From Podarcis tiliguerta (lineage: Eukaryota), in the NCBI GenBank assembly GCA_965153285.1, contig OZ229129.1: a stretch of 64,000 nucleotides of DNA. One strand, given 5' to 3'. The position numbers and the translations under genes were made by a program. The notes beneath the pieces were generated by a model. It worked only from the letters and a program-made list of their open reading frames with translations, was not told where the DNA came from and ran no database searches. Below, piece after piece: positions 10,627 to 27,055 of this stretch. The stretch's first letter is position 1, and every line of letters begins with the position of its first letter.

Positions 10627-13600
10627 TCTGCTGATAAAGGAGGCCTGGAACAAGGCGGGCTGAGTTCTTGGCTTCGTCATGGCTGCCATGGGACCACATT
10701 CACCCCGTCCTCCCTGCTCTGCTGGTCCACGTGGCCATTTGCAGAGGGGTGGTTTCTGCAGCCTCCCACCATCCCACCCCCTTCCTCTATGCTAGGTAAA
10801 TAGAATTACAGGATTTCCCACACTTTCTGTACAGATATCAGCTACATGAATGCTTCAGCCCTCTTCTATAGCAAGATGGATTCACGCCATCAAGTGCTAC
10901 AGGCATACAATTCAAACCCTGTGATTCAAGAACTTTTCAATTACTTAAACAGCTCCACATTTGCCACGGCAGCAGCAACACTGTCAACTTGAATGTGCTG
11001 GATATCTGTGGTTTTATGCTCCACCTTCTTTTACTCTCACTTTCGTCCTCCATATGCTAAAGCTTTCCTCTTCATTCCTGCTGCTATATTACTATCTTTC
11101 CTTTTAAAATAGAAAAATTGCAGGTTTCTCCACAGTTTCTGTACATACATCAGAAATATGTATGCACTTTCCTACACCAAAATGGATTCCGTTCCAAACA
11201 TGCCTTCAGTTCACACCCTGCCCTTAATGAACTTTTCAGTTACTGCACACACTCCAAATTTGCGGAGGATGCACCTGTGTTATTCGCAGCCAGGTATCCC
11301 AAACCATAAACCATGGATAAAATAAATATTGGTGCATTTTACCAATCGAAGCGTTTGGCATTAAGAAAAACATGAAGGGAAATTTGGCAAAATATAAAAT
11401 GTTATTAGAGGGGGGGAATTAATAAATTAAGAGGAATGGACTTTGAAATCCATATATTTTTGACAGGCTGGCTCCAATACTTCCAACTGAATGAAAGACA
11501 AGGAAAATAGTGTTTGCTGGAGAAATATCAAAACTAAAGCGAACTCTAATTTAGCCTAAAGGAAAATATCTATGTAAAATGTATAATCTCCTCCACAATT
11601 CACACCCTGCCATCAAAGAACTTTTGTCTCACTTAAAACGCTCAACGTTTCTTGAGGATGCACACCTCAGTACACATAGGGGCAGAGAAAGCTAAGACAT
11701 TCTGCAGTTTAATTGCCCCCAAATGGCAGAACATTCAGAGTTCTCCTTGCAGGCGTGTCTTAAACTTTAATACCATGGGGCTCCAACCATTTGTGCAATA
11801 TGACCTAGTAAGGCATCATTCCAACTGCAGCAGCCCCATTTCTTTTGTAAAAGATGGAAAATACACAGTTCCATGGCACAACAAGTAATGCCATGTGAAA
11901 GAAACATGGGGGGTGGGGTGGGCATAAGCCCTAACAGAATAATCAGGAAAACCAAAACAATAATCAACACTTCTAAAAACAGCCTATGGCACAAAACCAT
12001 TCAATGTATAATCGCCTCCACAATTCACATCCTGACATCAAAGAACTTTTGGCTCACTTAAAGCACTCAACCTTTTCTGAGGATGCACACCTCAGAACAC
12101 AAAGGGACATTGGAAGCTAAAAGGACAGGCCACACAACAAGCCAGTGACTTCTGTCTTGCAAGTAAAATTTTCGGATGACCCAGACCTTTTCTCAACAGG
12201 GGGGGGGGGAGAGGAAGAACCGCTGGAATATTGAGATGAAGAGGAGGAGGAAGAAGAGGAGTACGACAAGATTGGTAACCACAGAATGCTTTCCATAATT
12301 GAAGTTACAAGAGATGCATTCTGTCAAAATGAAGAGCTGAGTTGAGAAAAAAAAGTTTATAGTTTGGGTGTTCACCTATGTAGGTGCCTTGTTCAATGGT
12401 CTGACACTGCTGCAACTGGCTCTGATTCTGCTCTTCACTATTCCCCTTCTTAATGAAAAGCACCAGGTGGAAATTGACCATTCTTGTGAACCAGAATCTC
12501 AGAAATGCACTGGCAAAAGTCCCAAGTTAAACCCAGGGATGAAGCGCAAACCTCACCCCTCAAGTCAGGCTATACAGTCAGTGCAAATATTTGGTACCAC
12601 AATTGTACTATTGTTCTTTTTAAAATATAAAATTGCAGGTTTTCCCACAGTTTCTGTACGTACATCAGCTATATGTACACTTCTCCCTCTTTCTACGCCA
12701 GGATTGTCTTATAAACACGCCATCAGGTGGTACAGCCACACAACTCAAACCCTGCAATTAAAGAACTCCTGTCAAGACACTTCTGAAGTGGCCTGCAAGT
12801 ATTTCACTGAACTGCCAGTGCCCACTTTTGGAACACTGGCCACCTCCAGAAAGTGTGCAATTCCAGAAAGGGCATCAACCCAGTGTGATCCAGCAGCAGC
12901 TCCTATGCAGCCATCTGCTGTCACTTGGATCAGAGACAAGACAACATACAAGAAAAGGTGTTTGCAACTGAGAACATTGGCTGGAACATGGTGGGTGGGT
13001 GTGGTTGTCTGTCTTCCCAGGCTCCTTATGCTCCCCATTTACTCCTCCTTGCCCTACGACTCTCCTCATAACAGGGTTCCAAACAAATAAACAACTTTTA
13101 ACCAAGACGAAGGAACCAGAATGATTGGCAACTCAAACTAGAGCAAACAAGAGCAAAATCCTGTTTTTTTAAACCACATATAAAGCCAGGCTATGAGACC
13201 AGACAATTAATTTGGCTCAGGGTGCAGGTAGCCGAGTAGGACATACGACGAGATGTAGATGAACACACTTAGGTCACATTGAAAAACTTGAACACACAGT
13301 GATAACGAAATGGGACTGGCCAGCGAGGCAAAGATGGAGGAGAGATAGGAATGTTAATACCGCCCCCTCCAAATCTGGGGCAAACTGGTGGAGATGATAG
13401 CAGTGGGGAAGCTATGTAGAAAATCTTATTTTTTTATAAGCCCACGATTTTTCCCCAGCATAACTAATTTTTATTTGGCTTTGGCTTTCTGTAAATTTAA
13501 TTACCCCAAAGTGTATTTCTATATATAAAGCAGGAGATCAAAACACTGGAAATAAAATACAGTCTTGAAAAGACTAGTAAATTAATTGTGATGCCTATGT

Positions 13601-14446
13601 TGGATTTCTATTTATTTTGTTGAGTCAGAGTACTACAATCAAGTGCTAGCATATAACTTAGGATGCTTCTAGATTCCATGTTCTGTTTTCTTTGAAGCTC
13701 ATTGTGTTTAACACAATATGAGAAATCAGCTAAAAACTGTTAACCTTATTGTTTTCTCCTGGTGCTGTCAGAGTGTATGCTTTTGCACATTTGAAGTGCA
13801 GTCTGAAAGCCAGAGGTAGCAGAGCGGGAAATGCGACAGATGTGGAAGGATACATCTTGGTCACATGGAGAGATATAACTTCACAGAGAAGTGGGACTGG
13901 CAAGGGAAATGGCCCGCTAGTCGTGGATGAGGTAGAGGGATGGGGAACAGTCATTATATCCATCTGTAGATCATTTGCATGCTGTGGGCTTCATACAATG
14001 TTTCTAAACAAATAAGCAAAACACAAATACAAAGTTTTGTTCATGGTAACATTAGCATTCTATACAGAAACAACGGGTTTCTTTCATATCTTTATGTATT
14101 GGTTCATTTAAATTGGTTGCACTTTTCTTCTCCTTTCCTTCTGAAAAGCTCAAAGCAGCTAACGAAAAATCAAACCATGACTTACCAATTGAGAAGATTT
14201 GTTAGGAAAGCAGCAGCAGAGATAACCTCCCCTCCTCCCCTTCTCTTTACTTATTTGCTTCCATTTTAAGGGGGGAAGAGAAGCATGCATGTGTGAAAAG
14301 CAATGTTGTCCAATGAAATTTGATATTGTGTCACACCAGGCCCACAGATTTTTCAAGAAAAATTCAATGGTACATAGCGGGCTATTAGCCTGTGTGTAGT
14401 TCAGATTCTGCAGTTTGATTGCCCCCAAATGGCAGAAAATGCAGAA

Positions 14447-16787
14447 TGCTCTGTGTCAGAGCTGGCCCACACCTCCTTGCAGGCATGTCTTAAACTTTAA
14501 GACCATGGGGCTCCAACTATTTGTGCCATATGACCAAGTAAGGCATCTTTCCAACTGCAGCAGCCCCATTTCCTTTGTAAATGATGGGAAAAACACAGTT
14601 CCATGGCAAAACAAGTTCTTTGTGAAAGATTCCGGGCTATTATCTTGCTCAACCCTACTGTAGATCACCTAATGAAATCTTTCGGCCAAATATCTAATGA
14701 CATCCCCAAAGACAAGAAAAATGGCAGAACATTCAGAGTTTAATACAATGCGGCTCCAACCATTTCTGCCATATGACCAAGTAGGGCATATTTCCAAATG
14801 CAGCAGCCCTATTTCCTTTGTAAAAGATGGAAAAAAACACAGTTCCATGGAACAACAAGTAATGTAGTGTGAAAGAAACATTGGGGGGGGGGGGACAGAA
14901 GCCCTAACAGAATAATCAGGAAAACCAAAGCAATAATCACCACATCTAAATACAGCCTATGGCGCAAAACAGAAGATGCAGCTACACAACTCAGGTCTTA
15001 TATAAACCATGGATGAAATGCTCCCCACTTACTCCTCCTTGCCCTACAACTCTCATCATAACAGGTTTCCAAACAAATAAACAACTTTTAAGCAAGAGCA
15101 AACTAGAGCAAAATCCTGGTTTTTTAAATCACATCTTAAGCCAGCCTATGGGACCAGACAATTAATTTGGCTCAGGGTGCAGGTAGCCAAGTGGGACATA
15201 CGACAGATGTAGATGAACACATCCAGGTCCCATTGAGAAACTTGACCACACAGTGACAAGGAAATGGGACTGGCTAGCAAGGCAAAATGGAGGAGAAATT
15301 AGAATGTTAATACCCGCACCCTCCCCCCAATTGGGGCAAACTGGTAGAGGGGATAGCAATGGGGCAGCTACAAAAATTCTTGGGGAAAAGGAGTTTGCAA
15401 AACAACTAAGGAAACAGTTCAAAGTAAAATATTTAGGACCAGCAAGCAACTATCTTGGTCTAGAGAACCAGTGATGGAAGTTTTTGGTTAAGTGAAAGAA
15501 AGACAATAATTGAAAGCAACAACATGCACAACTGGTTATAAAGTTGGGAATTGTGTTGCATGATGTGTGAATACTTTTGTATATGTTTACAATACTGTAT
15601 TGGTTCTGTTCGAATGAGAGGGGGTGTTTGGAAAAGGTTCTTTAAGAAAAAGATAAAAGTTCCTGGAAGCTTTAAAAAGTGTTCCAGAATTCTCTTTAGT
15701 GCCTAGGAGTGGCACTCTAGGATTGATTGGTGTCCACTGGAGATGCAAATAAAGAGAGGAAGTCGCAGGCTGCAATGTCCATACAAGAAAAGCACACTCA
15801 CTCCAAACACAAACACACAAAAACACAAACTCTTAGCACACACACTGACAACAAGGTTGGAAGTAAAACAATGTGTGCTGCTGATACTGTGAGTTTTGCT
15901 GGTCAGGATTGTTAAGTACTTAACTGAGATTATACTGTGCTGGAGATATAAAGAAGGACTTTCAATTTGCAGTGTCACATTTAACTTGCCTTAAAAAGTG
16001 GAGAGAGAAATCTAGTATTTGCACTTAGCAAAAAATGAAAAGATAAGAAATGGGGGGGCGGTGAAAAGAGGAAACCCTATTGAGGGGAAATTGTGCATGT
16101 CCTGCAACTTTGTATAACAATAGCTTAAAAACTTGTAAGTGGCTTATCAATAAAGAAAGGAAAAAAGAATATCTTTTCCTTACCTTCTGGTAAGAAACCA
16201 TTCTAATCTTCTGTGTGTAAAAAGTCTCTGTATGATATTGTAATTTGATTTTTTTGTAATTAAGACAACAACCTCATGCACTCTCCCAAAAAAGAACAAG
16301 AAAGAATTTAAACAGCTTCTTCCTGCTGCTCTGATTCACCGTGTTGAGTGTTGTGAGTGTGGTGGCTTGCATTGCCTTGGTCCGCCTCTCAGGGACCATC
16401 CACTAGAGGGTGGGACAAGCCATTCCTTGGACCTCCGCCAGGATCCAGGAGGAGTCACCCCACCACCATTGCTCTTCCAGTAGGGGAGAGTAGTGGATCC
16501 GGGTGCGCGTGAGTGGCAGGGGCTCCTGAGACCTCTAGTCATCTTTCGAATAGACAATGTTGAAACAGAGCTTTATCAAATATGAATGCTGGTCTGTATG
16601 ATCCCTATTGATAGTTGTTGTTATTTCTTCATTCAGTGGGGATCGAAAGAAAAGTTATTTTTCACATCCAAAAAAACCAAGAAAAAGAGAAACATTTATT
16701 TGGATTTTCATTCTGTCTGCAAAAGGAGACAAGAAAGATGCAGTGCTTCATCAGGAACAGTCATTAGAGAGGTTTATTCAGGGATTA
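14447..16787 (+). repeat. Near-identical direct repeat A (partner 26780-29120; offset 12333)
   Basis: Identical ORF translations at constant offset (14959/27292, 15253/27586, 16336/28669). Confidence 0.95.
15385..15465 (+). mobile_element. Ty1/copia reverse transcriptase fragment; also 27718-27798
   Basis: EKEFAKQLRKQFKVKYLGPASNYLGLE fits the copia RVT_2 motif F..qL...F.mkdLG....yLGleI that follows YVDD. Confidence 0.7.
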
Positions 16788-16799
16788 GAGAGGTTTATT

Positions 16800-17430
16800 C
16801 AGGAAAAGTATCCCCGAGTGGGTCACTCCATTGATGCATCCCTGCAGACCAGACGGAAGGAGTATGACTACAAGGGACCACAGTGATGACCAAGGGAGGT
16901 TCGGGAAGAGGACGACTATCGAGAGCTGGAGCGCCCACCCCAGGAAAGTCGCCGATCAACGATGTATCGACTGCCTAGTGCAGCCTGGGTTTACTCGCCA
17001 GAAAGGTCTTGGGAGCCCCGCGGGCCAGTTCGGTGGTACAAGAGGAGGGGTACGGGCAGCATCCCAGACGCTTTTACAAAGGGCAGGAATCTCAGCGTCC
17101 AGATGGACAAGCCCCAAGTTATCGCTCTGCCCCAAGGTACAGCTATGGCCAAGAGCCACAAGATGTGGTTCCAAGGAGCATTACACGTGAGTTTACCCTG
17201 AGGGATTTTGGCTTACGTCTTTTCCCTGCGTATAAACCCCCCATTGATTTCCTGAGCTAACTGACTTTATTCGAACTAACCTGCCGGGAACTGGAGCTCC
17301 CCTCAAGACTGTATATGTCCATTCTGAGGGCGTTGATTAGTGGGGAGTTGGTGGATCTCATGGGCCATCTTCCTTTGTCCCACGCGCTAGACTATGAACC
17401 GTATAAACGCCTTGTTTTTAAAAAATATTG
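16800..17430 (+). mobile_element. Ty3/Gypsy (Gmr1-like) gag fragment, degenerate; also 23437-24158, 62970-63700, short 29456-29522
   Basis: FPAYKPPIDFLS*LTLFELTCRELELPSRLYMSILRALISGELVDLMGHLPLSHALDYEPYKRLVFKKY has the pattern of vertebrate Gypsy gag N-capsid (FP.Y...D...yL..FE..C......W...L..lL.G......P.....dY...K..vl..y). Confidence 0.7.
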
Positions 17431-17666
17431 GGTTGATGGCACAGTGAATGCCATCAACCTAGTGTGATCCACAGTAGCTCCTATACAGAAGTCTGCTGTC
17501 ACTTAGATCAGGGACTAGGCACCATGCAAAAGAAAGGGTTTGCAACTGTGATTGTAGTATTCACCTTTTAAAATATAAACATTGCAAGTTTTTGCACAGT
17601 TTCTGTATGGACATCAGCTATATGAATAAATAAATTATCACCACCATCACCATCACCATCATCATC

Positions 17667-17760
17667 TTTATACCCCACCCATTTGGCTGGCTTTCCCAAG
17701 GGACTCTGGGGGGCTTACAGCATATCTAAAAACATCCAGCATTAAAAATCGCCTGATACA
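17667..17760 (-). mobile_element. LINE (L2/CR1-group) 3' tail; also 24393-24486 and 63907-64000
   Basis: The minus strand tgtatcagg..tttttaatg...atatgctgtaagccccccagagt...ccagccaaatgggtggggtataaa, followed by a short-repeat tail, resembles the common lacertid LINE terminus. Confidence 0.55.
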
Positions 17761-19317
17761 CGGCTCAGGAGATCGAGAGGGAGAAGGAAGAGAAGGCAGG
17801 AAGGGTAACCATGTCAGACCACTAACTCCTTGAAATACAAATGTCTTCCGGATCGATTGCCCATAAACTCCACCCTTGGTCCAACATGGTTACCTCTTCC
17901 ATGCTTAGCTAATCTGTTCCTCCTTCCCTCTCTGAGTAAAAAAACCTATACCTTTTCCCCATACAAATGTTTAACTTTAACATATAAAATGTACACTAAT
18001 GTAAGCAACATCAAAATACCAAAAAAACCAGTATTATCACAGGGTGCCAAGCCAAATTTAAACTGTTGGTCATGGTAGGATTCTATGCTGAAAAGATGTC
18101 CCACCAATGGTGTGTGGTTCAATCCTGAATATCCTGAGGGACTCTTCTTAGCTTGTACTTTGCATTATGACACATTCCAAGTTTTTCCACAATCTTCATG
18201 TACCGGTACTTTCTCATTCCTTTTCTACAAGCGGACTGAATCCCTCGCAAACACCCCATCAGATAGCTGCAGCCACACAACTCAAACCCTGCCAGCACTG
18301 AACTTTTCAGTTACATCAACCGCTCCACATTTGCTGAGGGTGCATTTGCATTCCTCTCAGCCAGGAATGCCTCCTTCAGGAGGTACAATGACACCATTTG
18401 CAGCCACTGGAATCAGCCAGCAAGTGATCCACAAGAGCCACACTCTGGGCTTGAAGAATCCCAAGCACATTATCTGGATTTTTCATTCTCTCTGCAAGAG
18501 GAGAGAAGTGAAAGGTTGTGCTACAGCTGGCACAGTCATTAGGGAGGTGCCTTCAGGGATTAATTAACAAAAAAGAGGAGGGGATCCTAACAGCCAGAAA
18601 GGGTGCTCTGTTTGGAAAGGAGCAAAGAGCTGGCTGCTCCGTCTTGTCCTGCTTCTGCTGCTGGTTTTGGGTTTGCTGGAGAAATATCAAAAGTAAAGGG
18701 AAATCTAATCCAGCCTAAAGGAAAATATCTATCTAAAATGTATAATCTCCTCTACAATTCATGCCCTGCCATCAAAGAACTTTTGTGTCACTTAAAGCGC
18801 TCAACCTTTTCTGAGGATGCACACCTCAGAACACACAGGGACAGAGGAAGCTAAAAGGACAGGCCGCACAACAAGCCAGTGACTTCTGTCTTGCAGGTAA
18901 ATTTTTCAGATGACCCAGACCTTTTCTCAAAAAGGGGGGGGGGAGAGGAAGAACTGCTGGAATATTGAGATGAAGAGGCGGAGAAAGAAGAGGAGTACGA
19001 CAAGATTGGTAACCACAGAATGCTTTCCATTATTTAAGTTACAAGTAATGCATTCTGACAAAATCAAAAGCTTAGTACAAAAAAATAATTTATAGTGTAG
19101 CTGTTCACCTGTGTTGGTGGAGATGATAGCGGTGGGGAAGCTACAAAAATTATTGGAAAACACAGATAATTAAATACATTCCCATCTGTGTTGAATCCTG
19201 GCCATGGGGGCTCAATCCCCCCAATATTGAGGGGGCCAACAGCAGGAGCACAGATAACTTCCCCTCCTCCCTTATCTTTACTTATTTTTGGAGAAAAAAA
19301 GGAAGAAAAAAACACCG

Positions 19318-19620
<303 letters not shown>

Positions 19621-22600
19621 TGAAAAGCTCAAAGCAGCTAACAAAAAATCAAACCATGATTTAGCAATTGAGAATATTTGTTAGGAAACAGCAGCAGAGA
19701 TAACCTCCCCTCCTCCTCTTTATTTATTTGCTTCCATTTTAAGGGGGGAAGAGAAGCATGCATGTGTGAAAAGCAATGTTGTCCAATGAAATTTGATATT
19801 GTGTCACACCAGGCCCACAGATTTTTGGAGAAAAATTCAATGGTGCATTACCGGGCTATCAGCCCGTGTGTAGTTCAGATTCTGCAGTTTGATTGCCCCC
19901 CAATGGCAGAACATTCAGAGTGCTCCTTGCAGGCGAGTCTTAAACTTTAATACAATGCGGCTCCACCAATCAATGGTGCATTACCGGGCTATCAGCCCGT
20001 GTGTAGTTCAGATTCTGCAGTTTGATTGCCCCCAAATGGCAGAAAATGCAGAGTGCTCTGTGTCAGAGCTGGCCCACACCTCCTTGCAGGCATGTCTTAA
20101 ACTTTAAGACCATGGGGCTCCAACTATTTGTGCCATATGACCAAGTAAGGCATCTTTCCAACTGCAGCAGCCCCATTTCCTTTGTAAATGATGGGAAAAA
20201 CACAGTTCCATGGCAAAACAAGTTCTTTGTGAAAGATTCCGGGCTATTATCTTGCTCAACCCTACTGTAGATCACCTAATGAAATCTTTCGGCCAAATAT
20301 CTAATGACATCCCCAAAGACAAGAAAAATCTACTGCTTTACACAACAAGAGCTGCCAGAATATTGATTGCAAAAAAACTGGAAGGCGGAGAAAATCCCAT
20401 CACTATCGGAATGGCAAAACAAACTCGATGAGTTTGCAGAAACGGCAAAATTGACGGCAATTATTAGAGGCCACTGAAATCAGAGAATACTTAGAGACTG
20501 GGATGGAGTGAAGGAATACATGAAAAAATATGGTTCCAGAATGGTAATATTAATAGAGAATGTGTAAAACATGCAGGGGTAAGCAAGAAAATAATAATAG
20601 AAGCAATTGAATAATTATTAAATTTTAACAACACAAAAAGATGGAAGTAAAATATTGAGATCACACATGGGTGAAGGGGAGAGGGGGCATATGGGAACCT
20701 ATAATATCATTTATAATATAATTTGTTGATTGTGTTGTATTTACATACAACCAATGGAAGCCTAGAGTATTTAGATATATTTTAATTTAGGTAATCGATG
20801 TAATAGGCTTATGTTAGAAAATGAATATGGATTTTGAACTTGAACTTTGTAAAAAAAAATGGTTTTGAAAGAAAAAAAAAGAAAAAGAAACCATTTGCAG
20901 CCACTGGAATCAGCCAGCAAGTGATCCACAAGAGCCAGATTCTGGACTTGAAGAATCCCAAGCACATTTATCTGGATTTTTCATTCTCTCTGCAAGAGGA
21001 GAGAAGTGAAAGGCAGTGCTACAGCTGGCACAGTCATTAGGGAGGTGCATTCAGGGATTAATTAACAAAAAAGAGGACGGGGTCCTAACAGCCAGAAAGG
21101 GTGCTCTGCTTGGAAAGCAGCAAAGAGCTGGCTGCTCCGTCCCTTCCTTTAATACATTAAGAGGAAAGGACTTTGACATCCATATATTTTTGATAGGCTG
21201 GCTCCAATACTTCCAACTGAATGAAAGACAAGGAAAATAGGGTTTGCTGGAGAAATATCAAAACTAAAGGGAAGTCTAATCCAGCCTATGGAAAATATCT
21301 ATCTAAAATGTATAATCTCCTCCACAATTCACACCCTGCCATCAAAGAACTTTTGTGTCAGTTAAAGCGCTCAACCTTTTCTGAGGATGCACACCTCAGA
21401 ACACATAGGGACAGAAAAAGCTAAAACTTTTTGCAGCTTGATTGCCTTCAAATGGCAGAACATTCAGACTGCTCCTTGCAGGCGTGTCTTAAACTTTAAT
21501 ACCATGGGGCTCCAACCATTTGTGCCATATGACCACGTAAGGCATCTTTCCAACGGCAGCAGCCCCATTTCCTTTGTAAATGATGGAAAAAACACAGTTC
21601 CATGGCAAAACAAGTTCTTTGCAAAAGATTTCGGGCTATTATCCTGCCCAACCCTGCTGTAGATCACCTCATGAAAGCTTTCAGCTAAATATCTAATGAC
21701 ATCCCTTGCAGCCACTGGAATCAGCCAGCAAGTGATCCACAAGAGTCATTAGGGAGGTGCATTCAGGGATCAATTAACAAAAAAGAGGAGGGGATCCTAA
21801 CAGCCAGAAAGGGTGCTCTGCTTGGAAAGCAGCAAAGAGCTGGTTGCTCCGTCCCTTCCTTCTTCTTCTTCTGGTGCTGCTGCTAATGAGACCTGAAGCA
21901 AAGCAGGACGACTTCCCGGCTTCATCATAGGTACAATCTGCAGAAGGGCGGTTTCCACAGCCCCCCACTATCCCACCCCACTTCCTCTATGCTAGGTAAA
22001 TAGAATTACAGGATTTCCCACAGTTTCTGTACAGACATCAGCTACATGAACGCTTCAGCCCTCTTCTACAGCAAGATGGATTCCCTTGCAAACACGCCAT
22101 CAGGTGGTACAGCCACACAGTTCACACCCTGCCCTTAATGAACTTTTCAGTTACTGCACACACTCCAAATTTGCGGAGGATGCACCTCTGTTATTCGCAG
22201 CCAGGTATTCCCAAATCCCTCAACACTAGTGTCCTTTCTCCTTTTCTGCACCCAGATTCAATCCCTTGCCAACACCTTACCAGAAGATGCAGCCACACAA
22301 CTCAGACCTTAGATAAACCATGAATTGAATATAAATATCTCCTGGAACCTACAACCCCTTGGTGCATTTCACACATTGAAGCCTTTGCTGTTAAGAAGAA
22401 ATAAATATCAAAACTAAAGGGAACTCTAATCGAGCCTAAAGGAAAATATCTATCTAAAATGTATAATCTGCTCCACAATTCACACTATGCCATCAAAGAC
22501 CTTTTGTCTCACTTAAAACGCTCAACCTTTTCTGAGGATGCACACCTCAGAACACAAAGGGACAGCAGAAGCTAAAAGGACAGGCCAGTGACTTCTGTCT

Positions 22601-23524
22601 TGCAAGTAAATTTTTCGGATGACCCAGACCTTTTCTCAAAAGGGGCGGAAGAGGAAGAAAGATGGAGGAGAAATTGAAATTTTAATACCCCCCTCCAAAT
22701 CTGGGGCAAACTGGTTGAGACGATAGCAGTGGGGAAGCTATGTAGAAAATCTTATTTTCTATAAGCCCCCGATTTTTCCCAAGCATAACTAATTTTTATT
22801 TGGCTTTGGCTTTCTGTGAATTTAATTACCCAAAGTGTATTTCTACAAATATAGGAGGAGACCAAAACACTGGAAAGAAAATACAGTCTTGAAGAGACTC
22901 GTAAATTAATTGTGATGCCTATGTTGGATTTCTATTTCTTTTGTTGAGTCAGAGTACTACAATCAAGTCCTAGCATATAACTTAGGATGCTTCTAGATTC
23001 CATGCTCTGTTTTCTTTGAAGCTCATTGTGTTTAACACAATGTGACAAATCAGGTAAAAACTGTTAACCTTTTTTTCCCCTGGGGCTTTCAGAGTGTATG
23101 CTTTTGCACATTTGAAGTGCAGTCTGAAAGCAAATTATGTATATAATAAATTACCATCCCCCCTCCAAATCTGGGGCAAACTGGTGGAGACGATAGCGGT
23201 GGGGAAGCTACAAGAATTATTGGAAAACACAGATAATAAAATGCATTCCCCTCTGGGTTGAATCCTGGCCATGGGGGCTCAATCCTCCCCAATATTGATG
23301 GGGCCAACATACCCCGTTGGGTTTTTGTTACAGGGAAGCTACAAGAATTTTGGGGGAAAGGAGTTTGCAAAACAACTAAAGTCCCAAGTTAAACCCAGGG
23401 GGGAAGCGCAACCTCAACCCCTCAAGTCAAGTTCAGAGCCGATGGCCCAGCCGAGGGGAATGGAGCTTTTGCCTGGGTAAGCAATCGAGTGGGTGCCGGG
23501 TTGTACCCAGGGAGGATTCCTTTG

Positions 23525-27055
<3,531 letters not shown>

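Larger units (their letters stand above)
1..14720 (+). repeat. Segmental duplication block, copy 1 (partner 34898-50050)
   Basis: Position 1 matches 34898 (ccatttctcaaa...). ORF pairs 155/35052, 4382/39269, 8363/43252 and 12368/47340 show a ~34.9 kb offset, with the same module order and scattered SNPs and indels. Confidence 0.95.

Noticed and set aside
10493-10803. Poly-Glu/Arg/Pro ORFs
   Set aside because: Products of the (CCT)n microsatellite.
12368-13090. 240-aa ORF as a real gene
   Set aside because: Non-ATG start; chance read-through from the RTN4 fragment into the backbone module; closed in paralogous copies.
16320-16535. GC-rich exon-like module (also 28655-28868 and 55000-55215)
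   Set aside because: Probably another captured fragment, but no frame could be assigned to a known protein, so it is not called.
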